DNA of 64,000 nucleotides, from assembly GCA_937128795.1 (NCBI GenBank), contig CAKZMQ010000019.1:45571-109570 (forward strand). The letters are read 5' to 3'. This document shows, one piece after another, positions 1 through 9,436 of this stretch. The first letter of the stretch is position 1. Each line of letters starts with the position of its first letter. This DNA is from an uncultured Solirubrobacterales bacterium (GTDB lineage Bacteria; Actinomycetota; Thermoleophilia; Solirubrobacterales; JACPNS01). Below the pieces are notes generated by a model. The model was not told the DNA's origin. It was given only the letters and a program-made list of their open reading frames with translations, and ran no database searches. The position numbers and the translations under genes are program-made.

Positions 1-1188
1 CGCCGTCCGAACAATCGCACTCCAAACCGGTATGAGATCGACGAAATCGCGAGTGAACTCGTGGTGCTCTACGGCGGGGTGATCATGCAGGACGCCCAGC
101 GGTACAGCCTTTGTCGCGCGGATGCCGAAGATGCGTACCAACGCGCGCTTGAGATCCTTGTGACCAAGGCACCGACCACGGACCCTGAACACCTTGTCCC
201 TTGGATCAGAACTGTGGTTCGCCGGGAGGCAGTCGCGATTGCCAAGTCGACGCACAATCAACGTTCGGTCTCGTTTGAGCGGTCGGCCGATGCGGTTGCG
301 CGGGCCGAATCCGTCGACGCGCTTCCCGATGAACGAGTCGACGTGATTTCAGACCTTGAAGTGGGGAATGAGGCGCTGAAGCGAATCTCTCGAGATCAGG
401 TGCGATGCCTTCTGGCTCAGGCTGAAGGCCTCACGTACGACGAGATCGCCGAAGTCACCGGGTTCTCCCAGCGCAAAGTTTCTCGATGCATCAATGACGG
501 TCGTCAAGCGTTCTTGAAGAAAGTTGATGCGATCGAGTCTGGATCGGAATGCGATCGAGTCCAACCCTTGCTTCACCAGCTCATCGACGGCGATGCCGAC
601 GCTGCAGTCGAAGCCAGACCTCATCTGTCGAGCTGCGCGTCATGCCGTTCGCGTCTGCATTCGTACCGACGTGCACCGAAGACGACTGCCGCGTATTTTC
701 CGCCAGCAGTTGTGCTCGTTCACCCGTTCGGCGGTGTGTTTTCGTCGGCTGTCAGCCATCTGCGATCGCTATTGAACGAACGGCTTGCAACGGTCTCGTA
801 CAAGACCCATCAATGGTCCGAGCTGTCGCTAGCCAAAAAGTTGAGCCTCGGAATCGGCTTGACTGCGGCAGCAGTTGGCGGCGGTGTAGCTGCGCAGAAT
901 GAAATCCGAGACGCCGGGCGGGCGGACCAACATCCTTCGACTCCAGCCGCCGATTCCGCATCATCCAAAACAGTTTCCGGCGAGCGACTTACGCCAGCCA
1001 GAAAAAGCAAAGCAACAGCACGAGAGTCGAGGCGCACTCCGCGCACGCGACGCTCGAAGACCGAAAAGCCCTCCTCCGCATCAAAAACGCAGACCAGGCC
1101 GCCGCCGTCAAAAGGCCCTGCGCCGGTCAATGCACCATCGACTCCGGTCGACGACGGCTCGAGCGAGTTCCTACCAGAGGCGCGATGA
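1..1188 (+). CDS. ECF-type sigma-70 factor fused in one polypeptide to a zf-HC2 anti-sigma domain, one TM helix and a Pro/Ser/Lys/Arg-rich tail (5' end runs off the window)
   Basis: Frame 1 is open from nt 1, so the gene starts upstream of the window. Region-2-like DAEDAYQRAL...VPWIRTVVRREAVAI. Region-4 HTH LTYDEIAEVTGFSQRKVSRCINDGRQAF. Then CDRVQPLLHQLIDGD...HLSSCASC (C..H-x3-C-x2-C, nt ~550-660), hydrophobic LSLGIGLTAAAVGGGVAA (nt ~841-894) and a low-complexity basic tail. Confidence 0.8.
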   Translation, partial: RRPNNRTPNRYEIDEIASELVVLYGGVIMQDAQRYSLCRADAEDAYQRALEILVTKAPTTDPEHLVPWIRTVVRREAVAIAKSTHNQRSVSFERSADAVARAESVDALPDERVDVISDLEVGNEALKRISRDQVRCLLAQAEGLTYDEIAEVTGFSQRKVSRCINDGRQAFLKKVDAIESGSECDRVQPLLHQLIDGDADAAVEARPHLSSCASCRSRLHSYRRAPKTTAAYFPPAVVLVHPFGGVFSSAVSHLRSLLNERLATVSYKTHQWSELSLAKKLSLGIGLTAAAVGGGVAAQNEIRDAGRADQHPSTPAADSASSKTVSGERLTPARKSKATARESRRTPRTRRSKTEKPSSASKTQTRPPPSKGPAPVNAPSTPVDDGSSEFLPEAR

Positions 1189-1255
1189 GCGCAGTCGTCG
1201 ATCACCCAACACCACCAACCGTCACATCGCACCAAGCGGCAGGAGATCAGAAACC

Positions 1256-4201
1256 ATGAAAAGCGTCACACGCGCACTTATCGTCGGGGCAATCGTCGTC
1301 ACGTTTTGCGCCATTCCCAGTTCGGCCAACGCCGGCTCTTACAACGTAAGCCAATGCAACGCGTCAACCGGTGCGTCACTTTCACCGCAGTGGTGGACTC
1401 AGCTCAATGGCAGTTGGGCAGCCCAGAATCTCTGCGGCGCCGGACTGCAAGTGGCAGGGAATGGATTGCCCGGCGTTTGGGCAATCCACACGCTTTCGCT
1501 TCCTACCGGCCTGTCGTTCAATTCGGTGGTCTTCGGCGGGCAGGGCCAAGGTGCCAGCAGCGACGTCGGGTTGTTCGCCGTGCTTTGCGCTGCCAATGGT
1601 CTGCCTGCTTGCGTTTTTAGCGACTACGAGGATATGAATCGCGCCGCTACCGCGTCCATCCCGCTTGTGGCCCCAGGCACCACGACCTTCCAGTTCGGTA
1701 TGTCTGCCGGTTGTTGCACGAACATTCCGAGCAGCGCCACGGCGTCAATTTGGAATCTCGATATATCGCTCAACGACAGCGCCAATCCTGCAGTGGGCGC
1801 GCCGACCGGCACGCTAAAGGTCGCAGCTGGTAACAACTGGAATCGCGGCACCGTTTCCAGCGGAATTACGGCTACCGACGGTCAATCCGGTGTTCAGTCG
1901 GCCTCTGCGGTCGTCAACAGCAATCCAGTTGGTCCCGCCAGCAACAGCACGACGCTCTCATGTAGCAACCTCAACGTTCTGCCGTGCCCGTCGACACTCG
2001 CCAACTGGTCCGGCAACATCGCGACGAATGCTCTGGGCGACGGAGCTCACACGATTCGCTATTCGGCTTCTGACTACAGCGGCAACGTCACAAACGGACC
2101 GACCTACAACTTCAAGGTCGACAACACCAATCCGGCTGCGCCAGCAGACTTTGAGCTTGAGAACACTCAGGCAGGCTGGAGCCAGGCCAACTCGTTTGAC
2201 GCTAACTGGATTAACCCGGTCGAAGACGAAGAGACTGAAACGCAGTCGGGCGTCGGTTCTGTTGTCATCGATGTCGAGCCGACCAACGGGTCTCAGAGCG
2301 ACCCAGCGCCGATCACCATTCCGGTTGGCACGACGGTCGGCGGGATCTCCGCAACGAAGGACTCGATCGCCGGTCTTACCGTGCCGGATGTTGGTCGCTG
2401 GACGCTCAAGCTCAGCGTGGTCGACCGCGCCGGCAACACTTCTCCGCTCGCGACAGGCACTGAAGGCGCAAGTGACGAGGACGGCAATCCGATTGTCGGG
2501 TATGACCCGAATCCGCCAGCTGCTCCTGGATTACAGAACAATGGTTGGGTCAGCAAAGATCAGTTGATCGCCGGATACAGCCAGGAATGGATTCAGCCTG
2601 ACCCACAGAGCGGTGCTCCGATTTGCGGCTACGCGGGTCTTGTCGACACCAGCTCCAACGCAAACCCCGGCACCACGATCAACATCAACGGTCCCGTCAA
2701 TCAGTGGACACTTCCGTCAAGCCTTGCCGAAGGCACTCATTGGGTACACATTCGCTCAATTGCATGCAACGGTCTCGCTTCGCCGACTGTCAGCTCGGTG
2801 GACGTCAAGGTCGACCGCACAGAACCCGTCTCATACTTCTCTGGCGTGACGCCGGGACGTTGGTACCAAAATGGCTCCGTTGTCACGATCGGGGCGAATG
2901 ATGCGCCTTCCGGGATGGCACCTGCCGGACCGTTTGATCCATATAACTTCGGCGCTTACCTCGATTACTCAATCAACGCAACAAAGCCTGCTGAACCCGC
3001 TCGAGGCGGACAAGCTCAGATTCCCGTCTCCGGCGAAGGCGCGAAGGAGCTGCGCTTTGCGGCTGTCGACCTAGCCGGCAACCGCAATAGCGACACAGTC
3101 GTCAACTTCGGCATCGACGCATCAAATCCGACTGGCTTTCTCAACAATCAGGACGCCGCAAGGCCAACACTGCTCTCGGCACCTTTGGGCGACGAGGTCT
3201 CGGGACTTGAATCAGCCGTGATTGATGTTCAGCGAGTTTCGGGTGGCGACTGGATCACATTGCCGACCGGGCTTGCCGACCTTTCTGGCAACGCTGTCGC
3301 TGGAAACCCCAAGAGCGCGCTCGCCTCTGCGCGCTTCCCCGACACGACGTTGCCAGAAGATCGCTACCGCGTTCGCGTTCGCGCCTCCGACCAGGCGGGC
3401 AATCCGCTTGTCACCGATCGCGACAAGAGCGGCAATCCATTGATCGTCGACAGCGGCGCGATGCGCTCGTTCTCAGGTCTCTCGGCATCTCTGTTCAAGT
3501 CAAAGCGCACATGCAAGAATCGCTCAAAGCGCAAGACCCGCAAGGGTCGTAGCCGTCACCGCGTGATTCGCTGCACCAAAAGGCACCGCGGGAAGGTCAT
3601 CTTCATCGGCGGCAAGTCGACTGTGAACGTCGGTTTCAAGCGCGGCGCCGTCGTTCAGGGTTACCTGACCAACCAGCGCTACGGCGCACTCGCGCGCCAA
3701 CCGATCGAGATCTACACGACGGCGCGCGGCAAGGCCGAAGTGCTCGCGGGCGTCACGTCGACCAAAGCTGACGGCTCGTACCTGTTCAAGCTCAAGCCGG
3801 GAGTCTCGCGCTCTGTTCGCGTCTACTACCCGGGCACTGAAACTCGCCGCGACACTTCTGCGCGCGTGACCCTCGGAACAGGTGCCAAGCTCGTTCTGCG
3901 CGTCTCCAGGCGCAAGGCTCGCACCGGCCAGACCGTCACCTTCCGCGGCACCGTCAGGAGTTTTGATCGCACATTTCCCGCAAGCGGCAAGATCATTGCC
4001 CTGCAGTTCTACGCAGGCAAGAAATGGCGCCCAGCTGTGGCGATCGCGCGCACCAACAGCAAGGGCCGCTTTGCCGTCAAGTACAAGTTCGATGGCAAGC
4101 GCGTGAAGGCCCGCCTTGTCTTCCGCGTAATCGCACCGACCGAGGAGGGATGGGGCCACGCAACAAGCGCGTCACGCCGCTTGACGCTGAAACTCAATTG
4201 A
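1256..4201 (+). CDS. Secreted ~980-aa protein with Ig-like modules and a strongly basic C-terminal beta-sandwich region (carboxypeptidase-regulatory-like)
   Basis: ATG 1256 is preceded by AGGAG (1241-1245). Signal peptide MKSVTRALIVGAIVVTFCAIPSSANA. Recurrent module ends GDGAHTIRYSASDYSGN..VDNTNP, EGTHWVHIRS..VDRTEP, ELRFAAVDLAGN..IDASNP, RVRVRASDQAGN. The last ~230 aa are K/R-rich and include VQGYLTN...ADGSYLFKLKPG. The ORF-track start at 899 overlaps the sigma gene and is rejected. Confidence 0.75.
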   Translation: MKSVTRALIVGAIVVTFCAIPSSANAGSYNVSQCNASTGASLSPQWWTQLNGSWAAQNLCGAGLQVAGNGLPGVWAIHTLSLPTGLSFNSVVFGGQGQGASSDVGLFAVLCAANGLPACVFSDYEDMNRAATASIPLVAPGTTTFQFGMSAGCCTNIPSSATASIWNLDISLNDSANPAVGAPTGTLKVAAGNNWNRGTVSSGITATDGQSGVQSASAVVNSNPVGPASNSTTLSCSNLNVLPCPSTLANWSGNIATNALGDGAHTIRYSASDYSGNVTNGPTYNFKVDNTNPAAPADFELENTQAGWSQANSFDANWINPVEDEETETQSGVGSVVIDVEPTNGSQSDPAPITIPVGTTVGGISATKDSIAGLTVPDVGRWTLKLSVVDRAGNTSPLATGTEGASDEDGNPIVGYDPNPPAAPGLQNNGWVSKDQLIAGYSQEWIQPDPQSGAPICGYAGLVDTSSNANPGTTININGPVNQWTLPSSLAEGTHWVHIRSIACNGLASPTVSSVDVKVDRTEPVSYFSGVTPGRWYQNGSVVTIGANDAPSGMAPAGPFDPYNFGAYLDYSINATKPAEPARGGQAQIPVSGEGAKELRFAAVDLAGNRNSDTVVNFGIDASNPTGFLNNQDAARPTLLSAPLGDEVSGLESAVIDVQRVSGGDWITLPTGLADLSGNAVAGNPKSALASARFPDTTLPEDRYRVRVRASDQAGNPLVTDRDKSGNPLIVDSGAMRSFSGLSASLFKSKRTCKNRSKRKTRKGRSRHRVIRCTKRHRGKVIFIGGKSTVNVGFKRGAVVQGYLTNQRYGALARQPIEIYTTARGKAEVLAGVTSTKADGSYLFKLKPGVSRSVRVYYPGTETRRDTSARVTLGTGAKLVLRVSRRKARTGQTVTFRGTVRSFDRTFPASGKIIALQFYAGKKWRPAVAIARTNSKGRFAVKYKFDGKRVKARLVFRVIAPTEEGWGHATSASRRLTLKLN

Positions 4202-4334
4202 CAACGGTGCGAAGTGACGCATGCGCAATCAAACATGGAACTGACAGGCGAAGTAGAACAATTCACAGTGTGAATCCCTGCAGACTCATATCTGAGGTCC
4301 GAACTATTCCCGTTGCGCAAGAATTCCGACACTA

Positions 4335-7300
4335 GTGCCAGGAATGAGTTTTACGGACTTCGACACCCGCCGCCTTATTGCGATCATCTGCGCCGCAGTT
4401 CTGATTACTGCCAGCGCAGCTCCGCACCTTCTTCGCTCTGCCGGTGCCGCTTCGATCGTTCCGACGTCAAAGGCTGATCAGCGCCTCTCTGCGGCCACAG
4501 GTGACGTGCGCATCTATATCGGTCTCTCAAGCAACAACCTATCCAAGGATCTTGCCAAGCGTCAATCGGCGCAGCTCGTCCGGCAAGCACGCATTACTAC
4601 CCGCGCCAGAGCCCGAGCATCTGCAAACCCTTACATGCTCACCAAGCAGGAGCGCGACGCGGCTAGAAACGTTGAAGCGCTTCGCAACCAAGGACTGCCT
4701 GCACTTCGCAGAGCTGCAGAGCCGGACGCACTAGCAAATGAGCTCGTTGCGGCGCTGATCAAGCACGGCGGGGGAGAGGTGCACCAGTCTTCGCCACTGC
4801 CCAACTCGATCACGGCAACCGTTCCGGCTCAATTGATCCCGATCCTTTCGCGCAGCGCACTGGTGGCCAGCATCATCCCAGCCGGCGGCGAGGCTTTCCC
4901 GATGAACTCCCCAGTCGATGGATCCGAGACCTGGCACCAGAACGGCTTCATCGGCAATGGACCGTCAGCTGACGGAAACGGCGGGCCAGACTTCGCAGCA
5001 ATCGACGCCGGCATCCGCACCACGCACCTTGCCTTCAGGACTCGTCTTCCTGGCGACCCAACAAACGGGCCAGCCACCGGACCGTCGCGAATAACTTCAC
5101 CGCCAGGCCGCACATTCTTCGGCGGCAGCGACCATGGGAACACCGTCGCCGCCACGGTCGCCAACACCGACCTGACACAACCCGTTTGGCCTTACTACAA
5201 AGGCCTCGCATACGGCATCGACAAGGTCTATGACCCATACCAGGCTCAAAGCGCCGGTTTCTGGCTAACTGGCATCACTTATGCAGCTGAGACCGGCGTC
5301 ACCGACCTTCCCGAGGCAATCAACTACAGCGCTGGTCTGTATGAAGACACAACTGATTTCAATCCCGCTTGGGTCTACATGGACAACCATGTCGCATCCT
5401 TCGGCATCACCTACTCGATCAGCGGCGGCAACTGCGGCGTCGAAGGCGGCGGCTACACAGGCTGCAGCGTTATGGGCCAGGGCCCTCACCGCGTGTCTAC
5501 TCCCGGCAACTTGCACAACACGATTACGATGGGCGGTCTCGACTACAACGGGGACATCTACAACTCAAGCGTTTGGATTCCTTGGGCGAATAGCTCTCCG
5601 GGCCCGACGTGGGGCGGACGAAAGAAGCCCGATCTCATTCACAAGGTCACCGGATCCGGAGGCGGTCCCAGCCAACTCAGCGACACCGACTACGTAAACA
5701 CCGGGGAAGGCACCAGTTTCTCTGCACCCCACGCCTCCGCCGGCGCCCTCCTCCTAGCCTCTACCGGCGTCTACCAACCAACCGCCCAAAAGGCGATCCT
5801 CATCAACACAGCAACGCCAATCCAAGGTCAGACTTATTGGACCCCGCGGAGCGGCTGGGGCGCGCTCGAGCTCGACGGAGCTTTCCATCAACGTGCCAAC
5901 TACGCGAACGGCACGATCACAGGCTCAACTGACAACGGAGTCCGTTTTTTCCTTGCCACGGGCATCGAATCCAACGATCGCTCAACGCTCGTCTGGAATC
6001 GCCGCACCGCAACTGCAAACACCTACCACCCACTCACGGACCTCGACCTCTCACAGCACAACGAAGCGACGGGCGTTTCTACGGCCACAGGTGGTTCTGA
6101 CGCGGCTGACTCTGTCGACACCGATCAGACCGCCAGCACGGACAATCCGATGCCAGGAAGCGGCACTGATGGCGGCGACAACGTAGAGCAGATCCGCGCG
6201 ACGAGCCACGGCACGCAGGTGCTCAAAGTCAAGGCGCTTTCCGCAGTGACGGGTATCGCAGCCGAACCTTTTTCGATCGCATCTGCCAAACCGTTGACAG
6301 CACTCGAGACGCCGGTGCCAAATGTTGAGCTTGCAGTCGCGCCTACGACAGCTGGGGTCGGGGGCACGACAGTCGTCACCGCCACCGTCACCAATACATC
6401 AAGCGACATCGCGCTCACCGGTGCATCGGTCACGCTCAATCCGCCCAGTGGAGTTTCAATCACGTCCGGCAGTGCCACCCAGGCGTTCGGCACTCTTGGC
6501 GTCGATTCCGCTGCAGTGGCCATATGGCAGGTCGAAGGCAGCACGAGCGGTGTGAAAACGCTCATGGCCACGGCAAACGGCACTGCATACGGCGAAGACT
6601 TCGACGGTGAGGGCGAAGCAACTCTCAACGTCGACGGCACGCCTCCAGTCGTTCAAATCAATGGGCCTGGCCAGTGGTCGGCTCATGCAAACGCCCATAT
6701 TTCTTGGACCGCAACTGACGATAGTGCGGTCGCCAGTTACGACGTGTCGACTTCGATCAACGATGCGCCGGCCCAGCTGATCCTCGACGACACGACCAGC
6801 ACCAGCTCTAGTTTCACCGCACCCGAAGGTGCCAGACTCACGGTGTACGTCACCGCCAGAGACGTCGCCGACAACGAGTCTGCGCCCATTTCGGTATCCA
6901 CGGTCATCGATGCCATCGCTCCAGTCGTTTCGGTGACACCCACCGAAATCGTCCGTGGCCGATCGGCAGCGACGGTATCTGGCCACAACGTTGGATCTCC
7001 GATTACGCTTCACGGCGTCTTCAGCGCCGACGCCAGTGCGCCGCTCACGGCCCTCTCGAGCCTCACCGTCACATATTTCAACTCGAGTCGTTCGACGCAA
7101 CGAGCAACTGCGCGCGCAACTGCCACGGATGCGCTCGGGCGAGTTGCGTCCGCAGCCGCATCAGTCGACGTGCCAAGCAGATACTCGCCAGCTCGATTGA
7201 AGCTCGGCAAGCCGAGAGTTCGCAAGCGATCGTTGTGGATCTCCGGCAAGATCAGCAGGTCCGCGCGTGGACGAGTGACTATCAAGATCACCCGCATCGG

Positions 7301-7472
7301 CAGAACGGGCACGAAGCGCAAAGTCATACGCGCATCGATCCGAGCTGGCAAGTTCTCTGCGCGGACGAAGCTTCGCGAAGGTCGATACAGAATTCGCGCA
7401 AGCTACTCGGGTTCGCCCGTACTTGCTCGGGCCTCGGCGAGCAGACGGATCGAATTCAAATACGGTGGCTGA
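4335..7472 (+). CDS. Secreted subtilisin-like serine protease (peptidase S8) with C-terminal Ig-like modules and basic tail
   Basis: Triad motifs AIDAGIRTTH (Asp), GSDHGNTVAATVA (His), GEGTSFSAPHASAGALLL (Ser). N-terminal hydrophobic segment LIAIICAAVLITASAAP. C-terminal modules ISWTATDDSAVASYDV / VTARDVADNES. K/R-rich last ~95 aa ending RIRASYSGSPVLARASASRRIEFKYGG. Start GTG 4335 versus ATG 4344 is unresolved. Confidence 0.85.
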   Translation: MPGMSFTDFDTRRLIAIICAAVLITASAAPHLLRSAGAASIVPTSKADQRLSAATGDVRIYIGLSSNNLSKDLAKRQSAQLVRQARITTRARARASANPYMLTKQERDAARNVEALRNQGLPALRRAAEPDALANELVAALIKHGGGEVHQSSPLPNSITATVPAQLIPILSRSALVASIIPAGGEAFPMNSPVDGSETWHQNGFIGNGPSADGNGGPDFAAIDAGIRTTHLAFRTRLPGDPTNGPATGPSRITSPPGRTFFGGSDHGNTVAATVANTDLTQPVWPYYKGLAYGIDKVYDPYQAQSAGFWLTGITYAAETGVTDLPEAINYSAGLYEDTTDFNPAWVYMDNHVASFGITYSISGGNCGVEGGGYTGCSVMGQGPHRVSTPGNLHNTITMGGLDYNGDIYNSSVWIPWANSSPGPTWGGRKKPDLIHKVTGSGGGPSQLSDTDYVNTGEGTSFSAPHASAGALLLASTGVYQPTAQKAILINTATPIQGQTYWTPRSGWGALELDGAFHQRANYANGTITGSTDNGVRFFLATGIESNDRSTLVWNRRTATANTYHPLTDLDLSQHNEATGVSTATGGSDAADSVDTDQTASTDNPMPGSGTDGGDNVEQIRATSHGTQVLKVKALSAVTGIAAEPFSIASAKPLTALETPVPNVELAVAPTTAGVGGTTVVTATVTNTSSDIALTGASVTLNPPSGVSITSGSATQAFGTLGVDSAAVAIWQVEGSTSGVKTLMATANGTAYGEDFDGEGEATLNVDGTPPVVQINGPGQWSAHANAHISWTATDDSAVASYDVSTSINDAPAQLILDDTTSTSSSFTAPEGARLTVYVTARDVADNESAPISVSTVIDAIAPVVSVTPTEIVRGRSAATVSGHNVGSPITLHGVFSADASAPLTALSSLTVTYFNSSRSTQRATARATATDALGRVASAAASVDVPSRYSPARLKLGKPRVRKRSLWISGKISRSARGRVTIKITRIGRTGTKRKVIRASIRAGKFSARTKLREGRYRIRASYSGSPVLARASASRRIEFKYGG

Positions 7473-7841
7473 GGGCGCTTCAGCAGCGTCTTGAATCCAC
7501 CAACACAGGCGCGGCAAGCCAATTACGGGCTTCAAGCACCGGCGGGGCTTCGAGGCCGCGAAAAACAACGTTCTGACGCCCCCAAACATCCGTCCACCAC
7601 AACTACCCGATTACTTAGACGCCTCATATTCTGATTCCAGGACGGATTTCACGGGGGGTTCCGTGGATTTGCGCGGCGTTGGGGTGTTGGCCTGGGCGCT
7701 CTGGATCGACACCCCCGCCGCGACGTCCGCCTAACTGAGCCTCCGTTTTTTCCGGTTCAAATGGTCCCCGCTTCGGCGGGGAACCAACCGGTTCACTTTG
7801 CCGGGTACGCCGATCGGCAATTTCGGGCATACTGCACCTCA

Positions 7842-8513
7842 ATGGACGTCGCAGAGCTCAACCCAGTCCGCCTGCGTTCGGTGACAGTTGCCGAGGCAAT
7901 GGGGCCGATCACGACGGTGTCGTCAAGCACGCCGATGGTCGAGGCCGCGGCAATCATCAAGACACGACGCGGGCGGGCTCTGGTTGTTGAGACGGGCGAC
8001 GACTCACCCTCGATCTTCACCGAATTCGACATCGTCAAGGTGATCGCCGATGGTGGAACGGTCGAGAACCGCACCGTCGGTGACCATCACACACGGATCG
8101 CGATCGCCGCCACGCCGGACTGGACGCTCGACCGCGCGATGGAGACGATGATGCGCGGGCAGTTCCGTCACCTCGTGGTTGTCGAAGATGGCGTGACCGT
8201 GGGCATGCTCGCCATGCGCGACATCATCGACGCGATCCTTGAGCCGTCCGAGCAGCCGGAATTTGACCCGGACGAGACGGTCGAGATTGCCGCGATCGTG
8301 CCGGCAGAAGCAGAGCGCCTGCTGCACGACCTGCGCCGTAGCGCCAAGCAGCATCTGGTTGCGGCCAAGTGCGACTGCGAGCTCGATTGGATCGAGGTCG
8401 TGATCGGCCAGGCCGAAGAGCGCGCCAACCTCACCGCGGGCGAACTTCAAGAGATCTGGGAACAGCGCCAGCCCTGCCCCACCCTGCACGCCATGGGCGG
8501 CGGCGGAGACTGA
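7842..8513 (+). CDS. CBS-domain pair protein with a Cys-containing C-terminal region
   Basis: ATG 7842. Two CBS-type repeats: VAEAMGPITTVSSSTPMVEAAAIIKTRRGRALVV and RAMETMMRGQFRHLVVVEDGVTVGMLAMRDI. The upstream part of ORF 7761.. has no support. Confidence 0.7.
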   Translation: MDVAELNPVRLRSVTVAEAMGPITTVSSSTPMVEAAAIIKTRRGRALVVETGDDSPSIFTEFDIVKVIADGGTVENRTVGDHHTRIAIAATPDWTLDRAMETMMRGQFRHLVVVEDGVTVGMLAMRDIIDAILEPSEQPEFDPDETVEIAAIVPAEAERLLHDLRRSAKQHLVAAKCDCELDWIEVVIGQAEERANLTAGELQEIWEQRQPCPTLHAMGGGGD

Positions 8514-8588
8514 CCCAAATCCGCCAAACAAGGTTTGCCAAGCGGGGAACCTTGTTCAGTTCGTGTGGCGTGGGTAGACTGGCGCGCC

Positions 8589-9419
8589 ATGGGCGGTGAA
8601 TTTTCGGGGAAGACGGCGATCGTCACTGGCGCGGCGAGTGGCATCGGTCGACAGATTGCGCTGCAGCTTGGTGCCGCGGGCGCGACTGTGCTCGTCACCG
8701 ACGTGGCCGACGGCATCGATGCGGTCGTGGATGAGATCACGACCGCTGGCGGCAACGCAGCCGCTCGCAAGGTCGACGTCTCCAGCCGTGATGCCGTCGC
8801 TTCGGCTATCAGCGACTTTGTCGCCGAGCACGGCCGTCTCGACCTGATCTTCAACAACGCCGGCGTGGCGATCTTCGGTGAGTACGAGGAGGTCTCGCTC
8901 GACGACTGGGACAAGATCATCAACGTAAACCTCAAGGGCGTCGCATACGGCAGCAAGCTCGCCTACGACCAGATGGTCAAGCAGGGCGGCGGGCACATCA
9001 TCAACACCGCGTCTGTGGCCGGATTGGTTCCCGTTCCGTTGCAGGCCCACTACGTCGCCACCAAGCACGCGATCGTCGGTATGGACAAGACGCTGCGCAT
9101 TGAATCCGCCCGGCACAACATCCACGTCACCACCTTCTGCCCCGCCTTCATCGAGACCGGCATGTTCGAGACTGCCGAGTTCAAAGGCCGTCTCAAAGGC
9201 GTCGACACCCACTCGCTGGTGCCGATCAAACCGCTCGGCGCCGACAAAGCCGTCGAACGCCTGCTCGACGGCGTGGCAAAGCACAAGCCGATTGTGATCA
9301 CGCCGTTCTATGGGCGGCTCGGGTGGTGGATCGAGCGATACCTTCCGCCGCTGGCGAACCTTCAACACCGCGTGCTCTATCGCGAAACGGTGCGGCGGGC
9401 CAAGAAGCAGAGCCGTTAG
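8589..9419 (+). CDS. Short-chain dehydrogenase/reductase (SDR family)
   Basis: GKTAIVTGAASGIGRQIA (TGxxxGIG), NNAG, catalytic Y-x3-K in AHYVATKHA. ATG 8589 sits 8 nt after a TAGACT -10-like hexamer. Confidence 0.85.
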   Translation: MGGEFSGKTAIVTGAASGIGRQIALQLGAAGATVLVTDVADGIDAVVDEITTAGGNAAARKVDVSSRDAVASAISDFVAEHGRLDLIFNNAGVAIFGEYEEVSLDDWDKIINVNLKGVAYGSKLAYDQMVKQGGGHIINTASVAGLVPVPLQAHYVATKHAIVGMDKTLRIESARHNIHVTTFCPAFIETGMFETAEFKGRLKGVDTHSLVPIKPLGADKAVERLLDGVAKHKPIVITPFYGRLGWWIERYLPPLANLQHRVLYRETVRRAKKQSR

Positions 9420-9436
9420 GGCCGTACGAGCGCGGC

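Noticed and set aside
899-1255. ORF-track N-terminal extension of the Ig-like protein (start 899).
   Set aside because: It overlaps the 3' end of the sigma gene in another frame and is Arg/Pro/Ser-rich. ATG 1256 has an AGGAG RBS and starts a canonical signal peptide.
7751-7775. GGTTCAAAT resembling a tRNA T-loop.
   Set aside because: The flanking bases do not form a T-stem (TCCGG versus GGTCC), and no acceptor, D or anticodon arms can be drawn.
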